Shown here one piece after another: positions 18,551 through 29,148 of a DNA stretch of 64,000 nt. The notes beneath the pieces were generated by a model. That model ran no database searches, was not told where the DNA came from, and saw only the letters and a list, made by a program, of their open reading frames with translations. The translations under genes and the position numbers were made by a program. Source of the DNA: Candidatus Poseidoniales archaeon (GTDB lineage: Archaea > Thermoplasmatota > Poseidoniia > MGIII > CG-Epi1); contig JBJLCA010000039.1 in NCBI GenBank assembly GCA_045567915.1, positions 1,879 to 65,878 of the forward strand, in the 5' to 3' direction. The first letter of the stretch is position 1, and every line of letters starts with the position of its first letter.

Positions 18551-19197
18551 TATTTGGACCCCTCTTTGTTTTCATCTTTCTTTTCAGTTCCTTTTTCTTC
18601 AGCTTTAGTTTCCTTATCTTCGGTTTTTGGTTCTTCCTTAGCCTCTTCTTCAGCTGTTTCTTCATCTTCATATGATGCTTTTGCACCTGGCCTAACAGGA
18701 TGTAAATCGCTGTTTAATGCAGATGATGGAGAATAAGTAATATTTTTTTCTTGAGTTTTAGTTACAATCATACCTGGTACTCTGTTTACAGCACCTTCGA
18801 CGGAAATGTGACCATGGATAATTAGCTGTCTTGACTGTTTTACAGTTGAAGCTAAACCTTGTAAATAAACTTGAGTTTGTAATCTTCTATCTAAAATATT
18901 TTCAGGAGCCATTCTTAGAACGTCTTCCAAAGCAGCTCCCTGCTCTAGCATTCCTAGTCTACTCAATTTATTCAGAAGAAGAGTTTTTTCCTTTTGAGCT
19001 TGTTCATCATTAGCCTTAGCAGTGAGTTTCCTTGCTTGACGACGCATTTCACGGACTTTGGTATCTGCCTTCCAAATTTCTTTCTTGGATTTTAGACCAT
19101 ATTGATGTGTAAGAGTTCTTTCTTGCTCTATACGGGTTTTTTGCCAAGGATGTGAAGGTGTGTTGTAGTGCTTACTAGGAAATTTTGGATCACCCAT
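18550..19197 (-). CDS. rps4: 30S ribosomal protein S4 (S9e family) with K/E-rich C-terminal extension
   Basis: [26 protein letters not shown] matches the archaeal S4 N-terminus, followed by an S4 RNA-binding domain. The acidic/lysine tail is low complexity. Confidence 0.9.
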   Translation of the reverse strand: MGDPKFPSKHYNTPSHPWQKTRIEQERTLTHQYGLKSKKEIWKADTKVREMRRQARKLTAKANDEQAQKEKTLLLNKLSRLGMLEQGAALEDVLRMAPENILDRRLQTQVYLQGLASTVKQSRQLIIHGHISVEGAVNRVPGMIVTKTQEKNITYSPSSALNSDLHPVRPGAKASYEDEETAEEEAKEEPKTEDKETKAEEKGTEKKDENKEGSK

Positions 19198-19201
19198 TTA
19201 T

Positions 19202-19660
19202 CTATGCTCCTCCTTTCCTCTTGCTTACACCTAATGCTAAACCGCGACGACCGTTCGAATAAGTTCTTTGGCCACGTACCTTATGTCCTGAAGCATGTCT
19301 TACACCTTTGTAAGATTTAGTCTTTTTCATTCGATTTATATCATCTTCGTGAAGCATTTTCAAGTCAATGCTTACAGGATGCATATTATCTCCAGTATCA
19401 TAATCTTTTTGACGATTCAATAGCCATGTAGGTGCAAAATCACTTACATTTTGAATGGCCTTCTCAATATCTTTAACATTTTTATCAGTTAGTTCACCAG
19501 CTAGTTTTTCACTATCTAACTTTAGATTTTGAATAATAGCGTTACTAATTCTAGAACCAATGCCTCGAATTGAGGTTAGAGCGTAACCTAGCCTTTGCTC
19601 TCCTGAAACGTCTGAGTTTGCTATGCGAATTATATATTTGAAATCTGGGTCTTCGGACAC
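19202..19660 (-). CDS. rps13: 30S ribosomal protein S13
   Basis: YIIRIANSDVSGEQRLGYALTSIRGIGSR is the S13 signature. GTG start preceded by GAGGT 5 nt upstream. Confidence 0.9.
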   Translation of the reverse strand: MSEDPDFKYIIRIANSDVSGEQRLGYALTSIRGIGSRISNAIIQNLKLDSEKLAGELTDKNVKDIEKAIQNVSDFAPTWLLNRQKDYDTGDNMHPVSIDLKMLHEDDINRMKKTKSYKGVRHASGHKVRGQRTYSNGRRGLALGVSKRKGGA

Positions 19661-19786
19661 TTTTACCTCTTGGAATAAATTCTCAAGGCTGCGCTAGCCG
19701 GGAGGTCTATTTATATTCTTTTCTTCACAAATATCCCATTATTCCTAAGGTTAATTATTAATAAGGCTAAAAATAAGTATGTAATA

Positions 19787-20509
19787 ATGAAGAAGATATC
19801 ATTACTACTAATAATTTTGCTCTTTGCAGTGGGGGCTTCAGGTGGGTATGGATATTACGCTTATGTTCTCAACGAAGATGATGCTGATTCAGATGGTGAA
19901 GATCAAGCAGAGGGTAACTCAGCGCCTAGTGCAAAGATAGATCCGTCCAATCCGAAGATACAGGTTAATTCCAATATAAATTTTACAGCTTCAAAGTCAA
20001 CCGATCCAGATAATGATGAGCTCTCCTATGTTTGGATGTTTGAAGGAGACAATAAGGAATATGGGGGAGAAGTTGTCGAGAGAAATTACCCGAATGAGGG
20101 TGAGTTTGAGGTTAAATTAATAGTTTTTGATTCCGAAGGATTATCAGATGAGGCCATCACTATTGTTACAGTAGTTAGTAATTATCAAGGTGAATTTAGT
20201 GGTAGTTTAAGTGAAGGTCAAACAGAAACTATTACTTTTCCAGTTCAAAGTGGTGCAATTAGTCTTGATGTTGATTGGAATTTGTCAGATGATCAACAGG
20301 GAATAATAAATTTAGATCCATCTACTGTTGACATGTATTTAGAAGATTCTGAAGGTAATGTTTTGGAAAATGCAACGGGAGAGCAGGAAGGTTCAGGTTC
20401 TTGGTCAATAGTAGATGATAGATTGGAGCCAACCGGTGATTACATTATAGTTATAGAGTGTACTAACGGTGAAATGGGATATGAAATTGTTGTTAATGTT
20501 AAATATTAA
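19787..20509 (+). CDS. secreted PKD-domain protein
   Basis: Signal peptide (ISLLLIILLFAVGASG). PKD-like motif NFTASKSTDPDNDELSYVWMFEGD. No membrane anchor. Confidence 0.55.
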   Translation: MKKISLLLIILLFAVGASGGYGYYAYVLNEDDADSDGEDQAEGNSAPSAKIDPSNPKIQVNSNINFTASKSTDPDNDELSYVWMFEGDNKEYGGEVVERNYPNEGEFEVKLIVFDSEGLSDEAITIVTVVSNYQGEFSGSLSEGQTETITFPVQSGAISLDVDWNLSDDQQGIINLDPSTVDMYLEDSEGNVLENATGEQEGSGSWSIVDDRLEPTGDYIIVIECTNGEMGYEIVVNVKY

Positions 20510-21501
20510 TTTTTTTCTAACACTATAATGTTTCTAGTAAGTGACTTATGTATGTACCATTCAAATTTATGTATTAATTTAAGATTTTGATGTTTAACCA
20601 TTTCAGCATTAGATACTGCGATTACTAATCGTTGTTTTCTCTTCATCACTTTTTGAAAAGTATCTAGACATCTTTCCATTAGTTGACTAATACTTTCTCC
20701 CCCTGTTGTTGATGCTATCCCATAAGGTGGATCGCATACAATGGAACTAAATTCCAAATTCTTTATTTCTTTAAAATCTGATTTTAGTAGGTTTGCTTCA
20801 AACCCATAATGCTTAAGATTTCCTTTTGAAAATTCAATCATTTTCTCTTTGAGATCAATTCCAATAACATTTAATCCCATGTCAGCCCCTTCAATGAGTA
20901 TTCCGCCAGTTCCACAAAAAGGGTCAATTACAGGTTCTGTATAATTGCAATTTGATAGGTTTACCATGGCTCTGGCAATTCTAGGATGAATACTTATCGG
21001 TGAAAAGTAGGGGCGATAACTTATGTGGTGTTTAAGGCATTTTTTGTACGCAGTATGCCCGCTCTTATATGCCAACGAGATATTGAAATTCTTGTTTTTA
21101 TAAAATAAGATTGTGGCATCTGGATCTTTTAGATCTGTTTGGTTGTTGACCGACACTTTTTCACCAATTAATATTGAAGTCTTTTCATTCTCTAGTTTAT
21201 TTCCACCAACTTGCCTTATTGCAAAACTTTTCTCACCTATATCTATTTCCTGTAAGTCGTCCAATGATTTCTTTATGTTGTCTTTTCTTGAACTGAAAAT
21301 AATTTTTGATAGCCTTTTTGTCATAGAGAGTCTATTGATTATTTTATTTTCAATTTCTTTTGAAGTTGAAATTACTACTATCTTTCCGTAATCATTTTCT
21401 AATTTTGGATGATATTTTCTGAATTTAAATAACTCAAGAGCTTCATATTTACCTAAAGTAGTGTTCTCACCGCCCAGTTCAAGTAAATATTTTTCTCTCA
21501 T
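20506..21501 (-). CDS. trm11: tRNA (guanine10-N2)-methyltransferase, THUMP-domain (Trm11/Trm-G10 family)
   Basis: N-terminal THUMP-like region plus SAM-methyltransferase motifs DPFCGTGGILIEGADMG and CDPPYG. Confidence 0.75.
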   Translation of the reverse strand: MREKYLLELGGENTTLGKYEALELFKFRKYHPKLENDYGKIVVISTSKEIENKIINRLSMTKRLSKIIFSSRKDNIKKSLDDLQEIDIGEKSFAIRQVGGNKLENEKTSILIGEKVSVNNQTDLKDPDATILFYKNKNFNISLAYKSGHTAYKKCLKHHISYRPYFSPISIHPRIARAMVNLSNCNYTEPVIDPFCGTGGILIEGADMGLNVIGIDLKEKMIEFSKGNLKHYGFEANLLKSDFKEIKNLEFSSIVCDPPYGIASTTGGESISQLMERCLDTFQKVMKRKQRLVIAVSNAEMVKHQNLKLIHKFEWYIHKSLTRNIIVLEKN

Positions 21502-21526
21502 TTCAACCTATAAAAGTTGTTTTATA

Positions 21527-22327
21527 ATGTTGTATCTAGAGTCTTTTGTGTTTAAATTAGCCCGAAAGGCAGTTTCTCCAATTTATGCAGTCTATCAAAG
21601 GCGTTTAGAAAGTCAGGTTAAGAATGGTGAAGTACCAAATCATTTGGCAGTCATAATGGATGGTAATCGAAGATACGCAGAAAGTGCGGGCCTTTTGCCT
21701 CATGAAGGACATCTTAAGGGAAAAAACACTCTGGAGAACTTGTCAGATTGGTGCCGTTCTGTTGGTATTAAGATTTTAACAGTATATGCATTTTCGTTGG
21801 AAAATTTTAATAGAAGCAAGGAAGAGCTCGAAAAACTTATGGATTTATTTGAAGAATCATTTCGAAATGCAGGAGATGATCCTCGAGTTCATAAGAACCA
21901 GGTTAGAGTCAAAGCTTTAGGTCATCGTGAGCTCCTTCCAGAAAGAGTTAAGGATGCAATAGATTATGCTGAATCCAAGACTAGAGATTATTCTAATTTT
22001 AATTACAATTTAGCTGTTGCATACGGAGGTAGACAAGAAATAATTCGTTCAATGAAAATACTTGGTAGAATGATAGAAAAGGGAGAACTGAAGGCAGATG
22101 AAATTGATGCTGATCTTATTTCCTCGAATTTGTATACAAGTGACCTGCCAGATCCAGATTTAATATTGCGAACATCAGGTGAAGAAAGGATTAGTAATTT
22201 TCTTCTTTGGCAATTAGCATATTCAGAATTATATTTCGCAGATGTTTTTTGGCCAGATATGAGAAAAATTGATTTTTTAAGAGCTATTAGGTCTTTTCAG
22301 CAAAGGAAAAGACGCCTTGGTAAGTAA
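21527..22327 (+). CDS. uppS: cis-prenyltransferase (undecaprenyl/polyprenyl diphosphate synthase, UppS family)
   Basis: VPNHLAVIMDGNRRYA and the C-terminal SNFLLWQLAYSELYF are UPPS-family signatures. I used the ATG at 21527; the track ORF extends upstream from an alternative start. Confidence 0.85.
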   Translation: MLYLESFVFKLARKAVSPIYAVYQRRLESQVKNGEVPNHLAVIMDGNRRYAESAGLLPHEGHLKGKNTLENLSDWCRSVGIKILTVYAFSLENFNRSKEELEKLMDLFEESFRNAGDDPRVHKNQVRVKALGHRELLPERVKDAIDYAESKTRDYSNFNYNLAVAYGGRQEIIRSMKILGRMIEKGELKADEIDADLISSNLYTSDLPDPDLILRTSGEERISNFLLWQLAYSELYFADVFWPDMRKIDFLRAIRSFQQRKRRLGK

Positions 22328-22362
22328 CGACAGGTTTTAAGCACCCTTCTTATGCAGCCAAT

Positions 22363-25230
22363 ATGCTCGAGCGTTATGCGCGACTTCCAATCGACAGTCC
22401 AAGACAGATTATCTTAGTCGTAGCATTGATAACTTTAATAATTTCACCTTTTGTTCTTAAAGTGGAGTTTTCAACAGATGTTCAAGCCTTCTTACCCCAG
22501 TCACAAGAAGTTGAGACTTACGATGCAATAACTGAGGATTTTGGTAAGGATTCTAGTGTAGTCAATTTGTATTTGACTTCAATCAGCAGCAGTAATGTTC
22601 TTACAATGGATAATCTTGTTGACATTTTGCAGCTCCATAATGATTGTTTACAAATAGACGGAGTCGAGGGTGTTTTGTCCGTGGCAGATTTTTTCGATTC
22701 AGCTTTATTGGACTCTGGTTTGTCTTTATCGGCAGTTGAGTCTGCAGAGGAACCTTGGGAGCTTGTTTATGATTCAATATCGACGTCAGGTAGCGGTAAT
22801 TATTCTTGGAATGAAGTAGATTTTGTTGGTGATGTGTTAATCAATAGAGATTTGAATTTAGATCCTTTAATAATTGTGGAATCTGAGGGTTCAGTTCGTG
22901 GAGCACCTATAGCTAATTCGACGATTATCATGGTGAATTTAGATCCGGATTTATCCACAGAGCAGAAAAAGGAAGCTGGCCAAAAACTGAGAACACTTGC
23001 AGACAGTCACAATCAAGACTCTGGGAGCGATATTAGTGCAGAAGCATTTTCAGTAGATCTTTTAGCTTCAGATGTAGACGAATCTACACAATATACCAAT
23101 GTTTTGATGATTGTTGGTATGCTCTTAGTTACTGTAGTACTACTGTGGTTGACTTTCAGGCACTGGAGTTATGTAGTTTTACCAATTATCACGTTAATAT
23201 TGTCCATCTTTTGGACATTTTCTTTCGCAGGGATTGTTGGAATTAAGATGACTGCATTAGGCGTTGCAGTTATTCCACTAGTAGTTGGATTGGGCATTGA
23301 CTTTTCAGTTCATGTGAGTCGAAGATATCAAGAGGGTATTGCAGCAGGCAGTAGTTTGGAAGATTCACTTATTGAGTCCCAAGTGCATACAGGTCAAGCC
23401 TTGTCACTGGCAATGTTTACTACAGTTATTGCATTTCTATCAGGAATCACAGGCGGTGTTGGGCCAGTTAGAGATTTTAGTTTACTTTGTGCTTTTGGAA
23501 TATTTTCGTCATTTATTTTAACATTATTTTTCTATACTTCTATGAGGTATTTGTTAGACTCCTCTTCAGAGGGGATGGCTGTTAAACCTCAGAACTCTGA
23601 AATAATAGAGTCTTCAATACTCAAAGCCTCTCAAATAGTTGATAAACATCCACAAGCTATTATTTCAACAGTAATTGTTCTTACAATTTTAGCACTCGGT
23701 GGAGCTTCCCAGATTGAGACTTCCTTTTCGTTGGATGATTTTCTTTCGGATGATTTAGAAATAATGGTTACAGCTGAAAAAATACAATCAGATTTCAGAG
23801 GTGCTAGTTATTCACAGTCACAAATTTTGATTCAGGGAGATATTGATTCAACTGATTTTATTGATGGCAATTATGAGTTCCAATATGGTCAATCTAGTTC
23901 CGATAATAAAGGACTTAACGATGACCGCTATGTTATCAAAGTAGGAGCAAATGCACGTGTAGAGTCAGTGCATCAGATAGTTCAAAAGGCGATTGATTCA
24001 GAGGAATATAGTGTAAATCATGGAGAAAATTTAACACATGAATGGACAATAACAAACCCATTTTTGGTTACTTCAGGAGATGACTTGGATGTTCACTGGA
24101 CGATGGAACAATCTGTAGTTTCTCCATCCTTAGAAGCCATAATATTATGGTATGATTCTTCGAACGAGCTTCTAGGTACTGAAGAATTAACTAATATTGA
24201 TATTTCAACTGATTTATCATCCTCTTCAAGCGCAACAATTCAAATATTTGAAAATTCGTATAAAGCTCGACTCAAGTTTTCATATGTTCAAGATGCGTCA
24301 GAGGATTCTTTAATTCAGTCAATAGAAGTTCATAATAGAGAAAGATACGTATTTGTTCAATCATTAACAGATACCTTTAATTTAACTTATCAGGCAAAAA
24401 CGTTTAGTTTGACAACAGACTCAGATATTCACAATTTGTATGATTATATTTATCAAAGGGAATTGGACATTGCAGACCCTTTCACAGGAGAGTCATATGC
24501 TGATGAAATTGAACATGTTCTAAATGTAGATTCTGAAGGAAACTATGTCTCTTCTGTTGTTAGAATATACATTGGACCTACTACGTCTTATGAATTAGAT
24601 AATGATGGTTTAGAGTTTATGCGTGACCAATTAGATGAAGATATTCCAGATATATTTATTGAAAATTTCACAGTCAGTACTACTGGTGGTCATGTTTTAA
24701 CCAGCGTAACCGTTAATGAGATTCAAAAGACTCAGATTAGCTCTACGTTAATAGCTATTGTTTTTGCAGCAATAACTTTGATTCTTATCTACAGAAGTGT
24801 AGATCTTGGAATAATTGCAGTTTTCCCAACTATTCTAGCTTCAATATGGATACTAGCAACAATGACTTTACTTGGAATAACTCTTAATGTTCTAACTGTT
24901 ATGGTAACTGCACTTACAATTGGTTTGGGAATAGATTATGCGATTCATATTGTTGAAAGATATCGTGAGGAAAGAGAACATAAGACCGAGAGCCAGGCAA
25001 TTGAAACTACAATCGTAAGAACAGGTTCAGCATTATTAATTTCAGGTTTAACTACTGTTTCAGGCTTCGCAGTATTATTCTTGTCTCCTATGCCCTTAGT
25101 TCGTAATTTTGGAATAATTACTGCAGCTACAATAATCTATTCGATGTTTATTGCTATTTTTGTTTTACCTAGCTTAATTTGGATATCTAATAGAATTAAG
25201 GAATGGATATCTAGTCAAACTTTAGATTAG
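22363..25230 (+). CDS. MMPL/RND-superfamily membrane exporter (two sterol-sensing-like 6-TM bundles with large extracytoplasmic loops)
   Basis: Two hydrophobic clusters (~aa 240-400 and ~770-940), each preceded by a single TM and a large soluble loop. Motif GLGIDYAIH. Architecture matches MMPL-type RND transporters. Confidence 0.7.
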   Translation: MLERYARLPIDSPRQIILVVALITLIISPFVLKVEFSTDVQAFLPQSQEVETYDAITEDFGKDSSVVNLYLTSISSSNVLTMDNLVDILQLHNDCLQIDGVEGVLSVADFFDSALLDSGLSLSAVESAEEPWELVYDSISTSGSGNYSWNEVDFVGDVLINRDLNLDPLIIVESEGSVRGAPIANSTIIMVNLDPDLSTEQKKEAGQKLRTLADSHNQDSGSDISAEAFSVDLLASDVDESTQYTNVLMIVGMLLVTVVLLWLTFRHWSYVVLPIITLILSIFWTFSFAGIVGIKMTALGVAVIPLVVGLGIDFSVHVSRRYQEGIAAGSSLEDSLIESQVHTGQALSLAMFTTVIAFLSGITGGVGPVRDFSLLCAFGIFSSFILTLFFYTSMRYLLDSSSEGMAVKPQNSEIIESSILKASQIVDKHPQAIISTVIVLTILALGGASQIETSFSLDDFLSDDLEIMVTAEKIQSDFRGASYSQSQILIQGDIDSTDFIDGNYEFQYGQSSSDNKGLNDDRYVIKVGANARVESVHQIVQKAIDSEEYSVNHGENLTHEWTITNPFLVTSGDDLDVHWTMEQSVVSPSLEAIILWYDSSNELLGTEELTNIDISTDLSSSSSATIQIFENSYKARLKFSYVQDASEDSLIQSIEVHNRERYVFVQSLTDTFNLTYQAKTFSLTTDSDIHNLYDYIYQRELDIADPFTGESYADEIEHVLNVDSEGNYVSSVVRIYIGPTTSYELDNDGLEFMRDQLDEDIPDIFIENFTVSTTGGHVLTSVTVNEIQKTQISSTLIAIVFAAITLILIYRSVDLGIIAVFPTILASIWILATMTLLGITLNVLTVMVTALTIGLGIDYAIHIVERYREEREHKTESQAIETTIVRTGSALLISGLTTVSGFAVLFLSPMPLVRNFGIITAATIIYSMFIAIFVLPSLIWISNRIKEWISSQTLD

Positions 25231-26350
25231 TTTTTCTCTTCCTTCTCTTTTCCCAAAGCTCACGGGCTAATTGTCTCATATCTTCTACCGAATCTGATTC
25301 ATCTACAATTTCAGCACCTAGTAATGTTTCTACGGCGTCTTCGAGTGTAATAATTCCTTGGGTGGTTCCATATTCATCGACAACCAGAAAGATATGTTCT
25401 CGTTTCTTTAAAAATTCATCTAATAGAGTAGCGATAGAATCTTCAGGACTTACTGTGGATAATTCCGAAATCAAATTTTCCATAGGTATATCTGTCTTCC
25501 CTTCACCATAAAGTTCCATAATTTGGCTTCTATAAACAACACCTATTATGTCATCAAGATTTTTTTCCCGAACAGGTATTCTGGAGAAAGGAATTGGTGA
25601 ATGCTCGTCCACAATCTTTCCTATTTCATCATTACGGTGAAAAGTTAGCATTACAGTACTTGGAGTCATGACATCTTCAGCTAAAATTTTATCCATAGTC
25701 AAAAGATTTTTGATTACTTGGGTTTCTTGTTTTTCAAGAGCACCCTGATTTTCGCCCATCTCAGCAACGGCTATCATTTCCTCTCTTGTCATCTCTTTCT
25801 GATCCTCATTCCCCTCAGATATTCTTCGTGAAAAACTATTCAATACGACTACAATTGGCCATGTAATCCATATCATTGCATCTAATAGGTATGCTGAACT
25901 TGGTGCCAGTCTCTTCCAGTAATTAGCACCTAATGTCTTTGGTATTATTTCAGAAAATACAAGTATTAAGATGGTAAGTATTATTGATGCAACGGTAAAC
26001 CATTCATTACCCAATTTGTTAAATTCTGAGCCCACTCCTGCAGCTCCAATAGTATGTGAGATTGTATTTAGTGTCAATATTGCAGCTAAAGGCACATCAA
26101 TGTCTTCTTTTAACTCTTTAAGTCTTTTACCACTTCGGCTATCATCCTTACTTAAAATTTCTATATGTGACCAAGTTACAGATAGGATTATAGCTTCTAA
26201 AAGTGAACAGATAAATGATACACCTAGCGCTAAAACAAGAAAAACAATTATTCTTCCCCATTCCAGCTCGGGATTACCAAGATCATCCCCTACATTCGAA
26301 ACAATAGATAAAAAACTCAACAAATTAATTACTACCTCCAAGTAGTTCAT
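25211..26350 (-). CDS. CNNM/CorC-family membrane protein (DUF21 + CBS pair + CorC_HlyC), putative Mg2+/Co2+ efflux
   Basis: N-terminal 4-TM DUF21 region, then CBS-pair region, then a C-terminal transporter-associated domain. 379 aa, typical of this family. Confidence 0.75.
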   Translation of the reverse strand: MNYLEVVINLLSFLSIVSNVGDDLGNPELEWGRIIVFLVLALGVSFICSLLEAIILSVTWSHIEILSKDDSRSGKRLKELKEDIDVPLAAILTLNTISHTIGAAGVGSEFNKLGNEWFTVASIILTILILVFSEIIPKTLGANYWKRLAPSSAYLLDAMIWITWPIVVVLNSFSRRISEGNEDQKEMTREEMIAVAEMGENQGALEKQETQVIKNLLTMDKILAEDVMTPSTVMLTFHRNDEIGKIVDEHSPIPFSRIPVREKNLDDIIGVVYRSQIMELYGEGKTDIPMENLISELSTVSPEDSIATLLDEFLKKREHIFLVVDEYGTTQGIITLEDAVETLLGAEIVDESDSVEDMRQLARELWEKRRKRKTNLKFD

Positions 26351-26494
26351 AACGCAAATTCAGATAGCACATCAGGTTACTATTCAATTACTAGAAACCC
26401 CTGATATGAATTGCCCTTTTGGGCCTTACACACATAATTGGCTAAAGAAGTATGTTTATTAGTACTTTTGTTGTAAAAATTGATATTTTTTGCA

Positions 26495-26510
26495 CAAATC
26501 ATTATAATGC
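26495..26510 (+). promoter_or_regulatory. putative TATA box for rpl40e (leaderless)
   Basis: attataat at 26501-26508, ~26 nt upstream of the ATG at 26530. Confidence 0.3.
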
Positions 26511-26529
26511 CGCTTTCTACGGCTGCTTT

Positions 26530-26679
26530 ATGGCACGATTCCCGGAAGCTGAAGCACGCTTGTTTCAAAAGAAAGTGTGTATGAAGTGTAATGCTACAGT
26601 AGGTTGGAAGGCAGTAGTCTGCAGAAAGTGCGGGTATAAGGGACTCAGACCTAAAGCCAAAGAGCAACGTGGTAAGTAG
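26530..26679 (+). CDS. rpl40e: 50S ribosomal protein L40e
   Basis: [24 protein letters not shown]...CRKCGY is the C4 zinc-ribbon signature of L40e. True ATG at 26530. Confidence 0.85.
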   Translation: MARFPEAEARLFQKKVCMKCNATVGWKAVVCRKCGYKGLRPKAKEQRGK

Positions 26680-26680
26680 T

Positions 26681-27358
26681 TCAGTCAATTATTTTTGTTC
26701 CATTTGGAGTTCCAACAATCACTTTTGTTGTCATATCTATGAATAGTCCTGTATCTATTACACCATCTATGTTCATTAGTTTCACATCGAGCTCTCTCGG
26801 ATTTTCTATGCCTTTTTCAAATTTACAGTGATATATGTAATTTCCATTGTCAGTTATAAATGGTAGCGAATTAGGTTCAACTCTTATCTCAGCCTTACAA
26901 CCCAAATTAGCGATTTGTTTTTGTGTTTGCTTATGTTCTTTAATGGAAACTTCAACAGGTAGAAACCCAACGCCTAACTGTTCTACAATTTTGCTTTCAT
27001 CCACTATAATGATCAATTTTTTTGCTTTTCTTTCTACTTTCTTTTCTCTCAGAAGAGCTCCACCCAATCCCTTTATCAGAGACAAGTCAGGCGATACTTC
27101 ATCAGCACCGTCAATTGCGATGTCAATCGAATCAGTAGAGTCAATATTAATTAGTTCTATACCTAATTTTTCAGCCTGGTTTTTAGTTTGTATTGATGTT
27201 GGCATTCCAATTATTTTAAAATTATCTGATAATTTTTCACCTATAAGATCAACAGCTATTTTTGCAGTTGAACCTGTACCTAATCCTACCAGCATTCCGT
27301 TCTCAACGAGTTTTACTGCTTCTTTTGCGGCATTAAATTTAGACGAATCTTGGTTCAA
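26681..27358 (-). CDS. rpiA: ribose-5-phosphate isomerase A
   Basis: AVKLVENGMLVGLGTGSTA and GIDGADEV motifs. 225 aa. TTG start at 27358. Confidence 0.8.
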   Translation of the reverse strand: MNQDSSKFNAAKEAVKLVENGMLVGLGTGSTAKIAVDLIGEKLSDNFKIIGMPTSIQTKNQAEKLGIELINIDSTDSIDIAIDGADEVSPDLSLIKGLGGALLREKKVERKAKKLIIIVDESKIVEQLGVGFLPVEVSIKEHKQTQKQIANLGCKAEIRVEPNSLPFITDNGNYIYHCKFEKGIENPRELDVKLMNIDGVIDTGLFIDMTTKVIVGTPNGTKIID

Positions 27359-28557
27359 TAGTACAATCCACTTTCAGGTTCAGAAATTTCAGAATCATCT
27401 AAACGATTTCTAATTTTTTCTAAAGCTTCTGTAAAATTCTTGTAAGTAGTTTGAGTTTTATTGTCCTTGATAGCTTTCATTCCAGCTTCTACACATAGTG
27501 CCCTTAGGTCTGCTCCTGAAAATCCTTCAGTCTGTGCAGCCAATTTTTTGTAATTTACACCTTTCGAAATGTTCATAGCTTTACTATGAATTTTTATTAT
27601 TCTATTTCTTGCCTCTTCTTCAGGTAATGGTATTTTAATAATTCGATCGAATCTCCCAGGTCTCAAAAGGGCTTCATCCAAAATATCAGGTCGATTTGAA
27701 GCTCCCATAATAGAAACTTGACCTCTTGGCGTAAATCCATCAAGTTCACCTAGTAATTGCATCAAAGTTCTTTGTACCTCTCTATCGCCAGTGGTGCCTA
27801 CATCCATTCTTTTAGCACCTACAGCATCTAATTCATCAATGAAAATTATACTTGGAGCTCTTTCTTGAGCTAGTTGGAAAAGTTCACGAACTAGTCTAGC
27901 ACCTTCGCCAATATATTTTTGGACAAGTTCACTACCAATGAGTCTTATAAATGTAGCATTTGTAGCATTGGCTACGGCTTTTGCCATCAAAGTTTTTCCA
28001 GTTCCTGGAGGTCCAACTAGTAAAACGCCTTTAGGAGGTTCGACACCTACTTTGGTAAAACTTTCGGGTTTTAGCATAGGTAATTCTACAGTACTTCTTA
28101 ATTCATCGAGTTCCTCTACTAAACCTCCAATATCGGAGTATTTTTCAGTTGGTTTTTCATCGACTTCAGCACCCATGACCAAAGGATCTTTAGTTGAAGG
28201 TAAAGTCTCTAGAACTGCGAGAGTTTGTCTATGTAGAGCAACACGATCACCCACGTCTAAATTTTTCTTGTCGATGCCTTCTGAGATGTGAACTACAAAA
28301 TCAGGCCCACTACTTGATTTAATTCCTACACGGCCGTCTTCTAGTAAATCTCTCACAGTTCCAATAACTTGTGGAGGTGCTCTTAATCTGGCAAGTTCAC
28401 CTTTTAAGTGAGCATTTTCTCTTTTCATTCTGGAAACATCGGCTTCTAACTGTCTTTTTTCAGATTGAAAACGTTCGGTTTCTTCGATTAACCATTTATC
28501 CCAATCTTCTCCTTTACCTGGCGAAGAAACTTCACCATCATTTTCATCAGTAGGCAC
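27355..28557 (-). CDS. pan: proteasome-activating nucleotidase PAN (AAA+ ATPase)
   Basis: N-terminal coiled-coil, OB region, Walker [16 protein letters not shown], Walker B IIFIDELDA, and C-terminal HbYX-like ending SGLYY. GTG start. Confidence 0.9.
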   Translation of the reverse strand: MPTDENDGEVSSPGKGEDWDKWLIEETERFQSEKRQLEADVSRMKRENAHLKGELARLRAPPQVIGTVRDLLEDGRVGIKSSSGPDFVVHISEGIDKKNLDVGDRVALHRQTLAVLETLPSTKDPLVMGAEVDEKPTEKYSDIGGLVEELDELRSTVELPMLKPESFTKVGVEPPKGVLLVGPPGTGKTLMAKAVANATNATFIRLIGSELVQKYIGEGARLVRELFQLAQERAPSIIFIDELDAVGAKRMDVGTTGDREVQRTLMQLLGELDGFTPRGQVSIMGASNRPDILDEALLRPGRFDRIIKIPLPEEEARNRIIKIHSKAMNISKGVNYKKLAAQTEGFSGADLRALCVEAGMKAIKDNKTQTTYKNFTEALEKIRNRLDDSEISEPESGLYY

Positions 28558-28611
28558 TTTTTATCACTAAACATTTAATTGGGTCAGATATATATCAGTT
28601 GTGACTTAACA

Positions 28612-29103
28612 ATGTTATGCGAAATGTGCGGGGCGGAATCAGCAAGTTTAGATTCACGTAAAGTTTCAGGATCGGTTCTAAGAGTCTGTACATCATGTGC
28701 AGGTATGGGCAAGCAAACATCCCATAGAGAATCAGTTGGACAAAGGGCGTTTGTTGCACAAACATTGGAAAAGAGGGAACAAAAGACAAGATACAAAGAT
28801 ATTACTTCAGATGAGAAAGTTTTGATTAGCGATTACGGCGCAGTAGTAAGGAAAGCTAGAGAAAGGAAAGGTTTAGATCACACTTCACTGGCAATGAAGA
28901 TATCCGAAAAGAAATCAATTATAACTTCAGTTGAATCAGGTAATATGAGGCCAAATGAAAAGCTAATTAAGAAATTAGAGAATTTTTTGAAGATTAATTT
29001 AATGGAAGAAGTCGAAGCCGCATCCTCTTCTTACAAACCAGGTTCAAAGAAAAATTTAACCATGGGTGATTTAATCAATCAAGCCTTAGAAGATAAGAAT
29101 TAA
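28612..29103 (+). CDS. mbf1: archaeal multiprotein-bridging factor 1 (aMBF1; Zn-ribbon + HTH-XRE)
   Basis: N-terminal zinc ribbon MLCEMCG...CTSCAGMG and C-terminal HTH_XRE (GLDHTSLAMKISEKKSIITSVESG). I used the ATG at 28612; the track start is a TTG. Confidence 0.7.
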   Translation: MLCEMCGAESASLDSRKVSGSVLRVCTSCAGMGKQTSHRESVGQRAFVAQTLEKREQKTRYKDITSDEKVLISDYGAVVRKARERKGLDHTSLAMKISEKKSIITSVESGNMRPNEKLIKKLENFLKINLMEEVEAASSSYKPGSKKNLTMGDLINQALEDKN

Positions 29104-29148
29104 AACACACACATAATCTTTTTTACTAACATTTAGAGTTAAGATTGT

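Noticed and set aside
21461-21526. Upstream extension of the UppS ORF (MFSPPSSSKYFSLISTYKSCFI)
   Set aside because: It overlaps the 5' end of the convergent/divergent trm11 gene region. The conserved UppS N-terminus begins at the ATG at 21527.
26380-26688. 102-aa minus-strand ORF
   Set aside because: Antisense to the well-supported rpl40e gene and its promoter. No motif.
27938-28553. + strand ORFs inside pan (27938..28291, 28371..28553)
   Set aside because: Antisense to the PAN AAA+ ATPase. Spurious.
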